Assembly (NCBI GenBank): GCA_044464585.1
Contig: JBIQLF010000003.1
Span: forward strand, 343-64,342
Length of the DNA: 64,000 nucleotides
Direction: 5' to 3'
Source: Thermomicrobia bacterium
Lineage (GTDB): Bacteria; Chloroflexota; Chloroflexia; Thermomicrobiales; UBA6265
Part shown: positions 11,523 through 21,032 of the stretch, piece after piece
Numbering within the stretch: position 1 is the first letter of the stretch
Layout of the letters: each line of letters begins with the position of its first letter
Position numbers and translations under genes: made by a program
The notes under the pieces: model-generated
What the model was told of the DNA's origin: nothing
What the model saw: the letters and a program-made list of their open reading frames with translations, nothing else
Databases searched by the model: none

Positions 11523-12005
11523 TCACAGCTTGTAGTAGTGGAATCCCTTCACCAGCGCATCGACGACGAGAATGATGCCCGGGTTTCCGGCATCCAGAAA
11601 ATCGGGAAGCGACTTCGGATCGATCCCATTGATCTCGAGCGCATCGCGGGCGATTGCAATATCGACGCCCGATTTGCTGGCAGCTTCGAGACTGCTCAGT
11701 CCGTCCGGCGTCGTGACTGCATCGACCGCGGAACCGTCGATGATCAACCGTGCCTTCGCCTTGCTGTAATGCTCGGCCATGGTCTGTAAGGCTGAATAGG
11801 CGTATTGCATGCCTTCGGGATTGGTCACATGGATGAGCGCGTGAAAATTGTTTGGCACAGCGACATCGGCCAGGACGCTCGCGGCGGCTGGCGATGCCCA
11901 TAGGAATTCACCGGTCACGACACTGGCAGCCGCGACCTTTACCATTGTTCTTCTGGACAGTTGGTCCTCGGAGAGCGCCGATTGGATCGGTTCCGTTTGA
12001 TCCAC
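11523..12005 (-). CDS. DsrE/DsrF-like (COG1416-type) protein with twin-arginine signal peptide
   Basis: The N-terminus LSRRTMVKVAAASVVTG matches the Tat motif S-R-R-x-F/M-x-K followed by a hydrophobic stretch. The remainder (ALIHVTNPEGMQYAYSALQ..., ILVVDALVKGFHYYKL) resembles DsrE-fold proteins. GTG start with an AAGGA SD. Confidence 0.55.
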   Translation of the reverse strand: MDQTEPIQSALSEDQLSRRTMVKVAAASVVTGEFLWASPAAASVLADVAVPNNFHALIHVTNPEGMQYAYSALQTMAEHYSKAKARLIIDGSAVDAVTTPDGLSSLEAASKSGVDIAIARDALEINGIDPKSLPDFLDAGNPGIILVVDALVKGFHYYKL

Positions 12006-12067
12006 TCTGGTTCCTTTCGATGCATACCACTATCTTGGGGCGGCTTCTCCCGGCGCCGGACGGACGC

Positions 12068-12319
12068 CTAATGAATGGGAGTCGTGTTCCTCCGGGCGAG
12101 ATAGTCGACGAGATAGATCGTGATCCCCATGGCGAGGAAGACCTCGGCAAGATCCACGAAGATGAAAAACCACTCCTCGCCCGCAATGATCGTCGCCAGC
12201 GCGGCAACGGCAATACCGAGCAACGCATAGACCCAGCGCCGTTGTTGCGCTGACGCAACGAACCTGGGCACGAGCAAACCGATGACGATGCCAGCAACGA
12301 TCGGGAATACTTCGTACAT
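12068..12319 (-). CDS. Small integral membrane protein (3 predicted TM helices), unknown function
   Basis: 83 aa, strongly hydrophobic (IVAGIVIGLLV, VYALLGIAVAALATIIA, FLAMGITIYLV). GGGAGG SD 6 nt upstream of the ATG. Confidence 0.5.
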   Translation of the reverse strand: MYEVFPIVAGIVIGLLVPRFVASAQQRRWVYALLGIAVAALATIIAGEEWFFIFVDLAEVFLAMGITIYLVDYLARRNTTPIH

Positions 12320-12466
12320 ATCCGTCCTCCCACATCGAGTCTGTTGTGCGCGGAGTCACATCACGCCGATTTCGTTACCCTACTCTTCGACGGGTCAAGT
12401 TGCAATTGGCAATTCGATTTTCCACACTTCGCCGGTGGTCTCGGGTTTACGAATGAAGGAGCGGTC

Positions 12467-13726
12467 TTGGAATATCAACAACGGCGGTTGATTGCGGCAG
12501 CAATTCTTGGGGCCTCGTTGCTCATCGTGATCTATCTGGTCTTTTTCGCTTCTTCGGGAACCCGGATCGATATAGCCACGCCCACACCAACGGAGACAGT
12601 TGGTTCTCCGGCTACCAGCGGCAGCGCGTCGGTACCGACGCAACCGCCGAGCCGCCCCGAAACCGCCCAGAAGCAGACCGCCGAAGCGGGCAATTCCGCT
12701 CGTGATCTCACCCCGAATACCGCCGGTTCGAGTGACGCATCCTCGACGATTGCTCGAGAAATGGCCCCGATGCCCGAATGGATGGGGCGTATGGTATCGG
12801 TGCCTCAGAATCCGGCTTGTCCGGAGACCGCCAAACGAGACGTCTCCGTGCACGATGCCGGAGAACTCTCGAGCGCTCTTGCCAGTGCCCAGGCAGGCGA
12901 TCGGATCACACTGGCCAATGGACGATATTCCGGCTCCTTCGAATTGACCGCCTCAGGAGCGCAAGGCCAGCGGATCTGGATTTGCGGATCGCCGGAAGCA
13001 ATTCTCGACGCCGGTGACTGGAGTCGAGGTATCGGTTTGAGGATTGCGGGCGACTATGCCGGTGTCTGGGGAATCACGATCACCAACGCGGACCAGGGGA
13101 TCGTGGTGGATGGTGCGCAGGATGTCCAGGTCGACAATGTCGACGTGCATACGACTGGCAGCGAAGCAATTCGATTCCAGGGTGCGGCCGTCGATGGAGT
13201 GGTGCAGGACTCGCAAATACACCACACGGGGCTCCGGAGTGAAAACCAGGGTAATGGCATAACGATCGGATCGGCGGTTGCGGATTGGCCCCGAATCTCC
13301 GGCGGCAAAGCGGATCAGAGCGACCGGGTACACCTGACTCGCAACCGTATCTGGGACACCTCAGCGGAATCCGTTCTCGTCCATGCCGGATCGTCGAACG
13401 GCGCCATCGAATTCGGTTCCTACGATGGCGCCGGAATGACTGGCGCGGCTTCCTGGGTCGATATTCGCGGCAATGGTTTCATCATTCGCAACAATGTGGG
13501 CGTCACGACCCCGGAAGACGGATTCCAGACACACGTCGTCGCGGGGGTCGATTCGGGAAGCAACAACCAGTTCATCGCGAATACCGCCCAGGCGGACTCG
13601 TCCGGCTATGGCTTCTTCATCCAGGATCCCGACATCACGAACAACGTTGTCTCATGCTCCAACTTCGTGACCCGAGCAGAATCGGGGTTTGCCAATATTC
13701 CCTGTGTCGACCAGAGCGGGTCGTAG
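12467..13726 (+). CDS. Membrane-anchored right-handed parallel beta-helix repeat protein (pectate-lyase-fold)
   Basis: Start moved to TTG 12467 (GAAGGAG SD). N-terminal TM helix IAAAILGASLLIVIYLVFF, then a Ser/Thr/Pro-rich linker. Repeated beta-helix turns follow (GIVVDGAQDVQVDNVDVHTTGSEAIRFQG, VVQDSQIHHTG, NRIWDTSAESVLVH, NNQFIANTA). Confidence 0.6.
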   Translation: MEYQQRRLIAAAILGASLLIVIYLVFFASSGTRIDIATPTPTETVGSPATSGSASVPTQPPSRPETAQKQTAEAGNSARDLTPNTAGSSDASSTIAREMAPMPEWMGRMVSVPQNPACPETAKRDVSVHDAGELSSALASAQAGDRITLANGRYSGSFELTASGAQGQRIWICGSPEAILDAGDWSRGIGLRIAGDYAGVWGITITNADQGIVVDGAQDVQVDNVDVHTTGSEAIRFQGAAVDGVVQDSQIHHTGLRSENQGNGITIGSAVADWPRISGGKADQSDRVHLTRNRIWDTSAESVLVHAGSSNGAIEFGSYDGAGMTGAASWVDIRGNGFIIRNNVGVTTPEDGFQTHVVAGVDSGSNNQFIANTAQADSSGYGFFIQDPDITNNVVSCSNFVTRAESGFANIPCVDQSGS

Positions 13727-13833
13727 CGAGCCGAATTCCGACGATTTTAGTATGATATTGACTGCTACCTCATCCCGTCGGTGGGAAGAGGCGGTGGTGC
13801 TTCGATGACAATTGACAATGAGGAGAACACTAT

Positions 13834-14433
13834 ATGAATTTCACCGGCGCGAAAGTCAAGAAGTCGCGTGCGCTCGGGGTTGCGTTGACACCCAAGGCCG
13901 AGCGCATCATGAAAAAGCGACCGAATCCACCCGGCGCGGCTGGAACCAATCGGCGCCGTCGCAAGTCCGAATACGGCATTCAGCTGCTGGAAAAGCAGCG
14001 ACTGCGATTCCAATACAACGTGGGCGAGAAATACCTGCATCGAATGTTCGATCGTGCCAGTCGCATGTCGGGCGTCACCGGTGACAACCTGATCGGACTC
14101 CTGGAAAGCAGGTTGGATGCATTGGTCTACCGTGCGGGACTCGCACCCACGATGTACGCGGCCCGGCAGTATGTGACGCATGGCCATTTCACGGTCAATG
14201 GACAGAAAGCCACGATTCCGTCCCAGCGCCTGAAACCAGGCGATGTGATCGCGGTCAAGCCACGCAGCCAATCGATGATGATCTTCAATGAGCTGCGCAA
14301 TCAGGGTTCGTCCGTGCCGTATGTGGAAGCCGATCTCGGTGCGTTCACGGCCCGATACGCATATGCGCCCGAGCGGCTCGAAATTCCGGTGATCTGCAAT
14401 GAGCAGCTCGTGATCGAGTATTACAGCCGCTGA
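13834..14433 (+). CDS. rpsD: 30S ribosomal protein S4
   Basis: KKSRALGVALTPKA, EYGIQLLEKQRLRFQYNVGEKYL and the S4 domain LESRLDALVYRAGLAPTMYAARQYVTHGHFTVNG. GAGGAG SD. Confidence 0.95.
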   Translation: MNFTGAKVKKSRALGVALTPKAERIMKKRPNPPGAAGTNRRRRKSEYGIQLLEKQRLRFQYNVGEKYLHRMFDRASRMSGVTGDNLIGLLESRLDALVYRAGLAPTMYAARQYVTHGHFTVNGQKATIPSQRLKPGDVIAVKPRSQSMMIFNELRNQGSSVPYVEADLGAFTARYAYAPERLEIPVICNEQLVIEYYSR

Positions 14434-15269
14434 TCGACCGAAGGATCCGGCTGGCAGCTGGGGCATATATGCGAACTCCGCCCAGCGATTCTCAATCGCC
14501 GGAGCGGAGTCCCGCATCGATCGCAGACTCCCCGGTCGCCGCGACCATAGACGCGCAAGTTGGAGACGTTGGTTCCCAGCATTCCGTCCGCATCGCGATA
14601 GCTGGAAAACGTGGTGCCTCGATGCGCGATACCTTCTTCCAGCACCGCGCGGATGGCGGCGTGGAGTCGCTCGATCTCCGGTGAAGCAAGCGAACCCGCT
14701 GGCCGGGCCGGATGAATCCCGGCCCGATGGAGCGCCTCGTCGGCATAGATATTGCCGATTCCGGCCACGCGTCGCTGATCGAGCAGGACTGCCTTGATCG
14801 GGGCAGTTCGCCCACTGAGTTGCCGTTCGAGCGCAAAGGCCGTGAAGTCTGCTCCGAGCGGTTCCGGGCCGATCGTTCGTTCCTTCCCAAGCCAGGCGTT
14901 GTCCGTCAGCCATTGCACACGGCCAAATTTGCGTTGATCGGCGTATGCCAGATCCCAACCACTCGACAGACCGAGCCGGAGATGCTCGAACCGCACCGGG
15001 GCGCTGTCCGGTTCGAGCAACAACAGTTGGCCGGTCATCATCAAATGGACGAAGAGTCCATTTCCGCCTTCGAATGGCAACCAAAGATGCTTGCCCCGGC
15101 GATCGATCCGCTCGAATCGCTCGCCAAGGATCATTTGCTCGAACTGCGCCGGCTCCAGTACTCCAACCACCCCGGGGAAATCTCGAAAGCGCACCGATTC
15201 GACGCTGGCGCCGATGACCCGGCCCGTCAAGCTGCGCCGGACGGTCTCGACTTCTGGAAGCTCAGGCAT
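14421..15269 (-). CDS. mutM: Formamidopyrimidine-DNA glycosylase
   Basis: N-terminal MPELPEVETVRR, the H2TH region and the C-terminal zinc finger CDRCGTPLRRLRIAGRSSHICPSCQ. Its 3' end overlaps the rpsD 3' end by 13 nt (convergent). Confidence 0.95.
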   Translation of the reverse strand: MPELPEVETVRRSLTGRVIGASVESVRFRDFPGVVGVLEPAQFEQMILGERFERIDRRGKHLWLPFEGGNGLFVHLMMTGQLLLLEPDSAPVRFEHLRLGLSSGWDLAYADQRKFGRVQWLTDNAWLGKERTIGPEPLGADFTAFALERQLSGRTAPIKAVLLDQRRVAGIGNIYADEALHRAGIHPARPAGSLASPEIERLHAAIRAVLEEGIAHRGTTFSSYRDADGMLGTNVSNLRVYGRGDRGVCDRCGTPLRRLRIAGRSSHICPSCQPDPSVDQRL

Positions 15270-15329
15270 TGCGAATGGTCAGGTGGACGATTGTCATGCA
15301 TGCAGTATCGCTGGTCTTCCGACCACACG

Positions 15330-16184
15330 TCAGCCCTTGACGGATCCGGCGGTCATCCCGGCAACCATGAATCGTTGCGCCAGGAAGTAGAGAACGATCA
15401 CCGGAAGGGAGGAGAGCACGGCTCCGGCCATGATCGGTCCCCACAGGAACACATCGCCGGTAATGAGGTAGTTCAGACCCAATGGAACAGTACGCTTGCT
15501 TTCCGAGGTAATGAAGATCAAGGCGAGCAACAATTCGTTCCACGCGCCAGTGAAGGTGAAGATCGAAACCGCCACCAGGCCCGGTGCCGACAGCGGCAGC
15601 AGAATGCGAAAAAGTGCTCCCAACCTGCCCGACCCGTCCACGAGCGCTTGTTCTTCCAGATCGGCCGGTACCCCTCGGAAATATCCGGAGAGCAGCCACG
15701 TGCTCAATGGAATCGAGAATGTCAGATAGACGACGATCAAACCGAAGAGTGAATTCGCCAAATGCAGCCGGGCGATGATGATCGAAAGCGGGATGAAAAG
15801 CAACGACACCGGCGTCAGATAGGCGAACAGGATCAAGCGGCCGATGAGCCCGCGGAACCGGTATTTGAATCGAACGACGCTATATGCGGCAAATGCCGAC
15901 ACGAAGACCGAAACGAATGTCACCGAACCCGCGACGATCAGGCTGTTCTTGATATTGGTCAGGAAACCCTTCTTGTCGATCAGAATCCGGTAATTCTCCA
16001 TGGTCACCGTATGCGGCCAGAGTGACGGGGTGCGGTAGATATCGCGTGGAAGCTTGAGGGAAATCGTCAGCATCCAGTAGATAGGAAAGATGATGATGAG
16101 AAACACCACGCCCAGGATGAGGTAGATCGCGATCTTCGGCCATATCTCGCGCGATTTGGTGGGAGCCGACAAACCCACGGTCAA
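15330..16184 (-). CDS. Carbohydrate ABC transporter permease (MalG-like)
   Basis: IFPIYWMLTISLK N-terminal motif and the EAA-loop region EEQALVDGSGRLGALFRILLP. Start moved to TTG 16184, which overlaps the upstream stop (TTGA). The ORF track start at 16358 would overlap the upstream gene. Confidence 0.85.
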   Translation of the reverse strand: MTVGLSAPTKSREIWPKIAIYLILGVVFLIIIFPIYWMLTISLKLPRDIYRTPSLWPHTVTMENYRILIDKKGFLTNIKNSLIVAGSVTFVSVFVSAFAAYSVVRFKYRFRGLIGRLILFAYLTPVSLLFIPLSIIIARLHLANSLFGLIVVYLTFSIPLSTWLLSGYFRGVPADLEEQALVDGSGRLGALFRILLPLSAPGLVAVSIFTFTGAWNELLLALIFITSESKRTVPLGLNYLITGDVFLWGPIMAGAVLSSLPVIVLYFLAQRFMVAGMTAGSVKG

Positions 16185-17137
16185 TCCTCTCCCCGCTCGA
16201 TCAGTGCCGTGACGAAGAACACCAGGATGATCAATGCCGGAACCATCGCCACAGAGACCGCGGCGGCTTCGCCCAGCCGCTGCGTTTGCATTCCGAAATA
16301 GGCGAGCACCGGGAAGACCATCGTAGCGTCGGACGGACCGCCCTGCGTCATCAGCCAAATATTCTCGAAGCTATTGGCAGTCCAGATCGAGGAAAGAAGC
16401 ACGACCACCAGAATGACCTGGCGCAGATGCGGCAAGGTCACCGATCGAAAACGCTGGACGGCGCTTGCCCCGTCGATCTTGGCTGCTTCGTAGAGCTCGC
16501 CCGGCACCGTCTGCAGCGCGGCCAGGAAGGAGATGCACCAGAATGGAAATCCACGCCAGACCGTCGCAATGATGACCGCCGGCAGTGCGGTCGATTTCTG
16601 TCCCAGCCAGTCGATGTAGCTGTTGTCGATTCCGGTCTGGCTGAGCACCAGATTGATTCCGCCGCCGATCGGCGTGAACAAGAGGCGCCAGACGAGAAAC
16701 GCCACGAACCCCGGCATGGCCCAAGGGAGGAGCACGAACGCCCGGAAGAGTCCACGACCGCGAATCTGCTCGTTGAGGATCAGCGCCAGACCGAGACCGG
16801 CGATGAGCTTGAGAATGTCAGAAACGACCACCAGTGTGATCGTATTGCGCACGGTTTTGGCGAAACTCGATGTTTTGGAAAGATACCGGAAATTGTCGAG
16901 ACCGATCCAATGCCCAGGGTCGCCCACGATGCGACTGGTGAACGAGATATAGATGGCATAGAAAAACGGGTAGGCCACCAGACCGACGAGTAATACCAAT
17001 GCCGGGAGCACCAACGCATATCCCCAGAGCGCATTTCGGCGAGCGAACGTGAGGAACGGCCGGTCGTGAATCACGCGGTCGGCGGTCGCGGGAGTTGCCA
17101 TGCAGAGCGTTCCGATCAGAATGGACGGAGATGCCAC
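16181..17137 (-). CDS. Carbohydrate ABC transporter permease (MalF-like)
   Basis: WGYALVLPALVLLVGLVAYPFFYAIYISFT and the EAA loop ELYEAAKIDGASAVQRFRSVTLP. Alternative start ATG 17101. Confidence 0.85.
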   Translation of the reverse strand: MASPSILIGTLCMATPATADRVIHDRPFLTFARRNALWGYALVLPALVLLVGLVAYPFFYAIYISFTSRIVGDPGHWIGLDNFRYLSKTSSFAKTVRNTITLVVVSDILKLIAGLGLALILNEQIRGRGLFRAFVLLPWAMPGFVAFLVWRLLFTPIGGGINLVLSQTGIDNSYIDWLGQKSTALPAVIIATVWRGFPFWCISFLAALQTVPGELYEAAKIDGASAVQRFRSVTLPHLRQVILVVVLLSSIWTANSFENIWLMTQGGPSDATMVFPVLAYFGMQTQRLGEAAAVSVAMVPALIILVFFVTALIERGED

Positions 17138-17173
17138 GCTGGTGGCATCTCCGTTCGAATCTGTATGGGCGAA

Positions 17174-18484
17174 CTACTTGTACTTGTCGTAGATGAGCTG
17201 CCCTTGTTGCTGGGCTTCCTTGACCGCATCGTCGATCGAGAGCCCGTCGATGACGACCCGCTGGACCATCTTGGGAACGATGAAATTGGCCGAAAAGTCC
17301 GCATATGCCGTGTTGTAGACATCGGGGAAACCGGGAGCAGTTCCGTGTTCGACCAGATTGAGCAACCCTTTGTGCACCGGTTCCTGGAAGATGGCGAAGC
17401 TGGCATACTCGTTGAGCGCCGGCCCGTAGATCGCGACATTCAAATACTGTTCCATGAAGTCTTTGTTGGCCAGGAACTCCAGGAGCGCCTTGGCGGTATC
17501 GGGGTCTTTGGTCGACGTTGGAATTGCCCGCACATTTGGGTTGATCGGCGATACCTGCATGACGGGTCCCGACGGGAGCGCAGCAAAGTCGGTGGCTTCA
17601 TCCAGCTCGGGATCGTCGGTGGCGGCCGCAATATGCACACTGCCGGTGTTCGCTATAAAAATGGCCTGCCCCGCAAGATACGCGGTATTGTCGCCGCCGC
17701 CATCCCAGGTGGTAGCGCCTGGGGGGAACAACCCATCGGCATAAGCGCCCGTGACCCAGTCCATATAGTCCCGTGTCTCGGCCGAGTCGATGGTTACGGT
17801 CGTGCCCGCGTCATCGGCAATGCGGCCGCCATACGACTGCAGAACGGACATCTGCATGTTGCCGTCGCCCACATTCGACAATGCGAATCCCATGCCATAA
17901 AGCGGCGGTTTTTGGGTCTGCTGCGACCATTCCCGCACTTCCTGCCAGGTAGAGGGCGGTGGCGTCAACCCGGCCGCATCGAGCACGTCCTTGCGAGAAA
18001 AGAGCAGGTTGCCGGACGGGCCGAATGGAATGCCGGTGATGGCGCCCGCCAGCTTGGCGGCACCATCGATCGATGGATACCAACCACCGTGCGCATCGCC
18101 AATCGTTGCATAGAGATCGTCGAGCTCCAGCAATTGGCCGGTGTTGGTCAAAAGCAGTTGCAGATCGAGTCCCATATCGAGCGCATCCGGCATCGAACCG
18201 CTTTCGACTGCCGCCGAGACCTTCTGGTTGGTCTCGTTCTGGTTGATCATGACCACTTCGGTTTCGACGTTGTTGTCTTTGCCCCACTGATCGATCGTGT
18301 CCACCAGCAGGTTGTTTGCATCGTCGGAAAAGATCAAACCACCCCAGTACGTGAGCTTGGTTTTCTCCTGCAATACGGCGGGGGCGGCCTTGGCCGAAAG
18401 CATCTCGGACAGCCGGGTCGAGCCCAGCGCGGTCGCGGCTGCCGTGGTGGTACCCAGGAATCTCCGGCGAGTAATTGCCGTCAT
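17174..18484 (-). CDS. ABC transporter extracellular sugar-binding protein with Tat-type signal
   Basis: Start moved to ATG 18484 (GGAGGAG SD). N-terminus MTAITRRRFLGTTTAAATALG. The body is typical of family-1 solute-binding proteins. Confidence 0.85.
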   Translation of the reverse strand: MTAITRRRFLGTTTAAATALGSTRLSEMLSAKAAPAVLQEKTKLTYWGGLIFSDDANNLLVDTIDQWGKDNNVETEVVMINQNETNQKVSAAVESGSMPDALDMGLDLQLLLTNTGQLLELDDLYATIGDAHGGWYPSIDGAAKLAGAITGIPFGPSGNLLFSRKDVLDAAGLTPPPSTWQEVREWSQQTQKPPLYGMGFALSNVGDGNMQMSVLQSYGGRIADDAGTTVTIDSAETRDYMDWVTGAYADGLFPPGATTWDGGGDNTAYLAGQAIFIANTGSVHIAAATDDPELDEATDFAALPSGPVMQVSPINPNVRAIPTSTKDPDTAKALLEFLANKDFMEQYLNVAIYGPALNEYASFAIFQEPVHKGLLNLVEHGTAPGFPDVYNTAYADFSANFIVPKMVQRVVIDGLSIDDAVKEAQQQGQLIYDKYK

Positions 18485-18678
18485 GGTCGACGCACTCCTC
18501 CACTCGTTCGAGTTCGAAACCGGTTTGGTATTGATATCGTATCCCAACCTTACAACGGCATCGGGATTTGTCAACCGAGAACGTTTGACAGTTCCCGGAC
18601 GCGGCCGCATTGTTACCGGCGACGGCAATGACGGCGGAGCGGCGCGCGGGAACGCCACACGGGCAGGAGAACGCACCA

Positions 18679-19698
18679 ATGATTCGGATCGCAATCGGTC
18701 AATTCAATGTGCTGAACGACGAAAAACTCCGATTCGCTCAGCAGATCGGTGTGCGTGGTGTGCAGATGAACACTCCGAAGCTCCCAGGCGAAGTGCGCTG
18801 GGAAGCTCGGGATTTGCGGGCGCTGGTCGAACAATGCAACGCGTTCGATCTCACGCTCGAAGCAATCGAGAATGTTCCGATTCATTTTTATGACAAGGCT
18901 ATGCTCGGCCTGCCCGGAAAAGACGAACAGATCGCCAATTATCGATCGATCATTCGCGCCATGGCAGAAGCGGGAATCCCCATTCTCGGATTCCACTGGA
19001 TGCCGAATTCGGTTTGGCGAACCAGCCGTGTGACTTCCGGTCGTGGTGGAGCGCATGTGACATCGTTCGACATGGCTGCCGTCGATGCGGCCGGTGGAGC
19101 GCGGCAATTCGTCGCCAAGACCGATGAGCATCTGGCAACGCTGGTCGTCGAAGACGAAGCCATCCTGACTCATGACCAGATGTGGGAGAACTACGCCTAT
19201 TTCATGAAGGCGGTGCTGCCTGTTGCCGAGGAGACCGGGGTGAAACTGGCGCTTCACCCGGACGATCCCCCTGTGCCGATGTTGGGTGGTGTTCCGCGAA
19301 TCTTCGGCAGTGTCGAAGGGTTCGAAAAAGGGATGGCAATCGCGGATAGTCCTGCCTGGGGACTCGATCTCTGTCTCGGTTGTTGTTCCGAAATGCCCGG
19401 CGGACGGTCGAATGTCATGCGCATGATCGAGCGCTTCGGTCCGATCGGAAAGATTCTCTATATCCATTTCCGGGACGTCCAGGGAACCGTGCCGGCATTC
19501 CAGGAATGCTTCATCGGCGAAGGAAATTACGATCCGGCCGAGGTGATGCTGGCATTGAAACGGGTCGGGTTCGATGGCTTCTTGCTCGACGATCACGTCC
19601 CGCACATGGACGACGACAGCGACTGGCAGCATCGAGGGCGGGCCCACGCCATTGGATATATGCAGGGGCTGCTGCGAATGATGGACACTTGCGATTGA
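18679..19698 (+). CDS. uxuA: Mannonate dehydratase
   Basis: Start at ATG 18679 (GGCAGGAGAA SD). AVLPVAEETGVKLALHPDDPPVPMLGGVPRI and ILYIHFRDV match the UxuA core (VHPDDPP). Confidence 0.85.
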   Translation: MIRIAIGQFNVLNDEKLRFAQQIGVRGVQMNTPKLPGEVRWEARDLRALVEQCNAFDLTLEAIENVPIHFYDKAMLGLPGKDEQIANYRSIIRAMAEAGIPILGFHWMPNSVWRTSRVTSGRGGAHVTSFDMAAVDAAGGARQFVAKTDEHLATLVVEDEAILTHDQMWENYAYFMKAVLPVAEETGVKLALHPDDPPVPMLGGVPRIFGSVEGFEKGMAIADSPAWGLDLCLGCCSEMPGGRSNVMRMIERFGPIGKILYIHFRDVQGTVPAFQECFIGEGNYDPAEVMLALKRVGFDGFLLDDHVPHMDDDSDWQHRGRAHAIGYMQGLLRMMDTCD

Positions 19699-19766
19699 TA
19701 CTCGGGCGCCCCGTCTTCCGGCCGGTGGCGTCACTTGGAATTCAGAAAGTCGGTCGAGGTTCTGCA

Positions 19767-20105
19767 TTGGACGAAAACTGCATCTTCTGCCGAATCGCAA
19801 ATGGCGAGCTCGGCACCGAATTCGTGGCGCAGAGCGAGCATGCGGTCGCGTTCGATGACATCGAGCCATCGGCGCCCGTGCATGTTCTGGTCGTTCCCAA
19901 GCGCCATATCAGCGCCTTGCGCGATCTCGAAAATCCGATCGTCGCCGCTGAGCTTCTCGATCTGGCTCGTCGGGTCGCCGATGAAAAAGGTCTGCTCGAA
20001 TGCGGGTATCGAGTGGTCACCAACGATGGCGCGGAGGCTGGGCAGACCGTCTTCCATCTGCATTTCCATGTGATGGGCGGCAAGAAACTTGGAACCATGG
20101 TCTGA
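19767..20105 (+). CDS. HIT-family (histidine triad) nucleotide hydrolase
   Basis: Start moved to TTG 19767 (GAGG SD). ENCIFCRI N-terminus and the histidine triad HLHFHVMGG. The 5' part of ORF 19380..20105 is junk overlapping uxuA. Confidence 0.85.
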   Translation: MDENCIFCRIANGELGTEFVAQSEHAVAFDDIEPSAPVHVLVVPKRHISALRDLENPIVAAELLDLARRVADEKGLLECGYRVVTNDGAEAGQTVFHLHFHVMGGKKLGTMV

Positions 20106-20115
20106 TGAGGAATCG

Positions 20116-20574
20116 ATGAGCGACATTACCCTCGACACCCGATTGCGCGATGATCTCAAGAACGCCATGAAAGCAGGCGACACGGTCGCCCGCGATACGA
20201 TTCGTTACACGATGTCTTCGCTGAAAAACGCGCGCATCGACAAAGGGACCCCGCTAACCTCTCAGGAAGAGCTCGCTGTTCTGCAACGCGATGCCAAACG
20301 CCGCCAGGAATCGATCGATCAATTCCAGGCAGCCGGCCGCATCAATCTGGTCGACAAGGAAACCGCGGAGCTGGCCGTGTTGCGGCGGTATCTGCCGTCC
20401 GCCCTTTCCGAAGCGGAGATTCACGAGCTGGTTCTTCGCGCGATCGCGGAAACCGGAGCGGCGAGTCCGAAGGACATTGGCACGTTGATGCCGGTCCTCA
20501 TCCAGATGGCGGGCGGCCGGGCCGACGGCAAACGACTCAACGAGGCTGCTCGAACGGCCCTCTCCGGAGGGTGA
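20116..20574 (+). CDS. GatB/YqeY domain protein
   Basis: LRDDLKNAMKAGD...RDTIRYTMSSLKNARIDKG and KDIGTLMPVLIQMAGGRADGKRLNEAAR are typical of the YqeY family. ATG 20116 has a GAGGAA SD. Confidence 0.8.
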   Translation: MSDITLDTRLRDDLKNAMKAGDTVARDTIRYTMSSLKNARIDKGTPLTSQEELAVLQRDAKRRQESIDQFQAAGRINLVDKETAELAVLRRYLPSALSEAEIHELVLRAIAETGAASPKDIGTLMPVLIQMAGGRADGKRLNEAARTALSGG

Positions 20575-21032
20575 CCGATGTGGAATTGGATCACGAATGC
20601 GATGCCGAATTGCTCGATCTGACGGAATCGATCGATTTGGCGCTGGCCGACGAACTATCGAATCTCTGTTGCTACGCTCTCACGACCGAAACCGAAGCGT
20701 CTGCCTGGACGGTTTCGATCGTGTTGACCAATGACGCGCACATCGCCCGGTTGCACGAAGAGTTCATGAGTATCCCGGGCCCGACCGATATCCTCACATT
20801 CGCGGATGATGAATCGCCCGGCGGCGACATCGTGATCTCGGTCGATCAAGCCGAACGGCAACGCCACGACGACGGGTGGTCCCTGGCAGACGAGCTGCGT
20901 TTCTTGGTCGCTCACGGCGCATTGCATCTCGCGGGGTGGGACGATGCAACCGATCAGCAACGCGATTCCATGCTCGATCGCCAGCGGACGATCGTCGACT
21001 CGTTTCAGGCAGGTGATTCGAGCAGTCGATGA
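20571..21032 (+). CDS. ybeY: rRNA maturation endoribonuclease YbeY
   Basis: Zinc motif HGALHLAGWDD (HxxxHxxxxxH). GTGA overlap with the upstream gene. Confidence 0.85.
   Translation: MTDVELDHECDAELLDLTESIDLALADELSNLCCYALTTETEASAWTVSIVLTNDAHIARLHEEFMSIPGPTDILTFADDESPGGDIVISVDQAERQRHDDGWSLADELRFLVAHGALHLAGWDDATDQQRDSMLDRQRTIVDSFQAGDSSSR

Noticed and set aside
13727-13833. Possible S4 autoregulatory leader or promoter upstream of rpsD (tagtatgatattgac..., ttgacaattgacaatgaggag).
   Set aside because: I could not derive a convincing -35/-10 pair or a pseudoknot resembling known S4-binding leaders by eye, so it is left unannotated.
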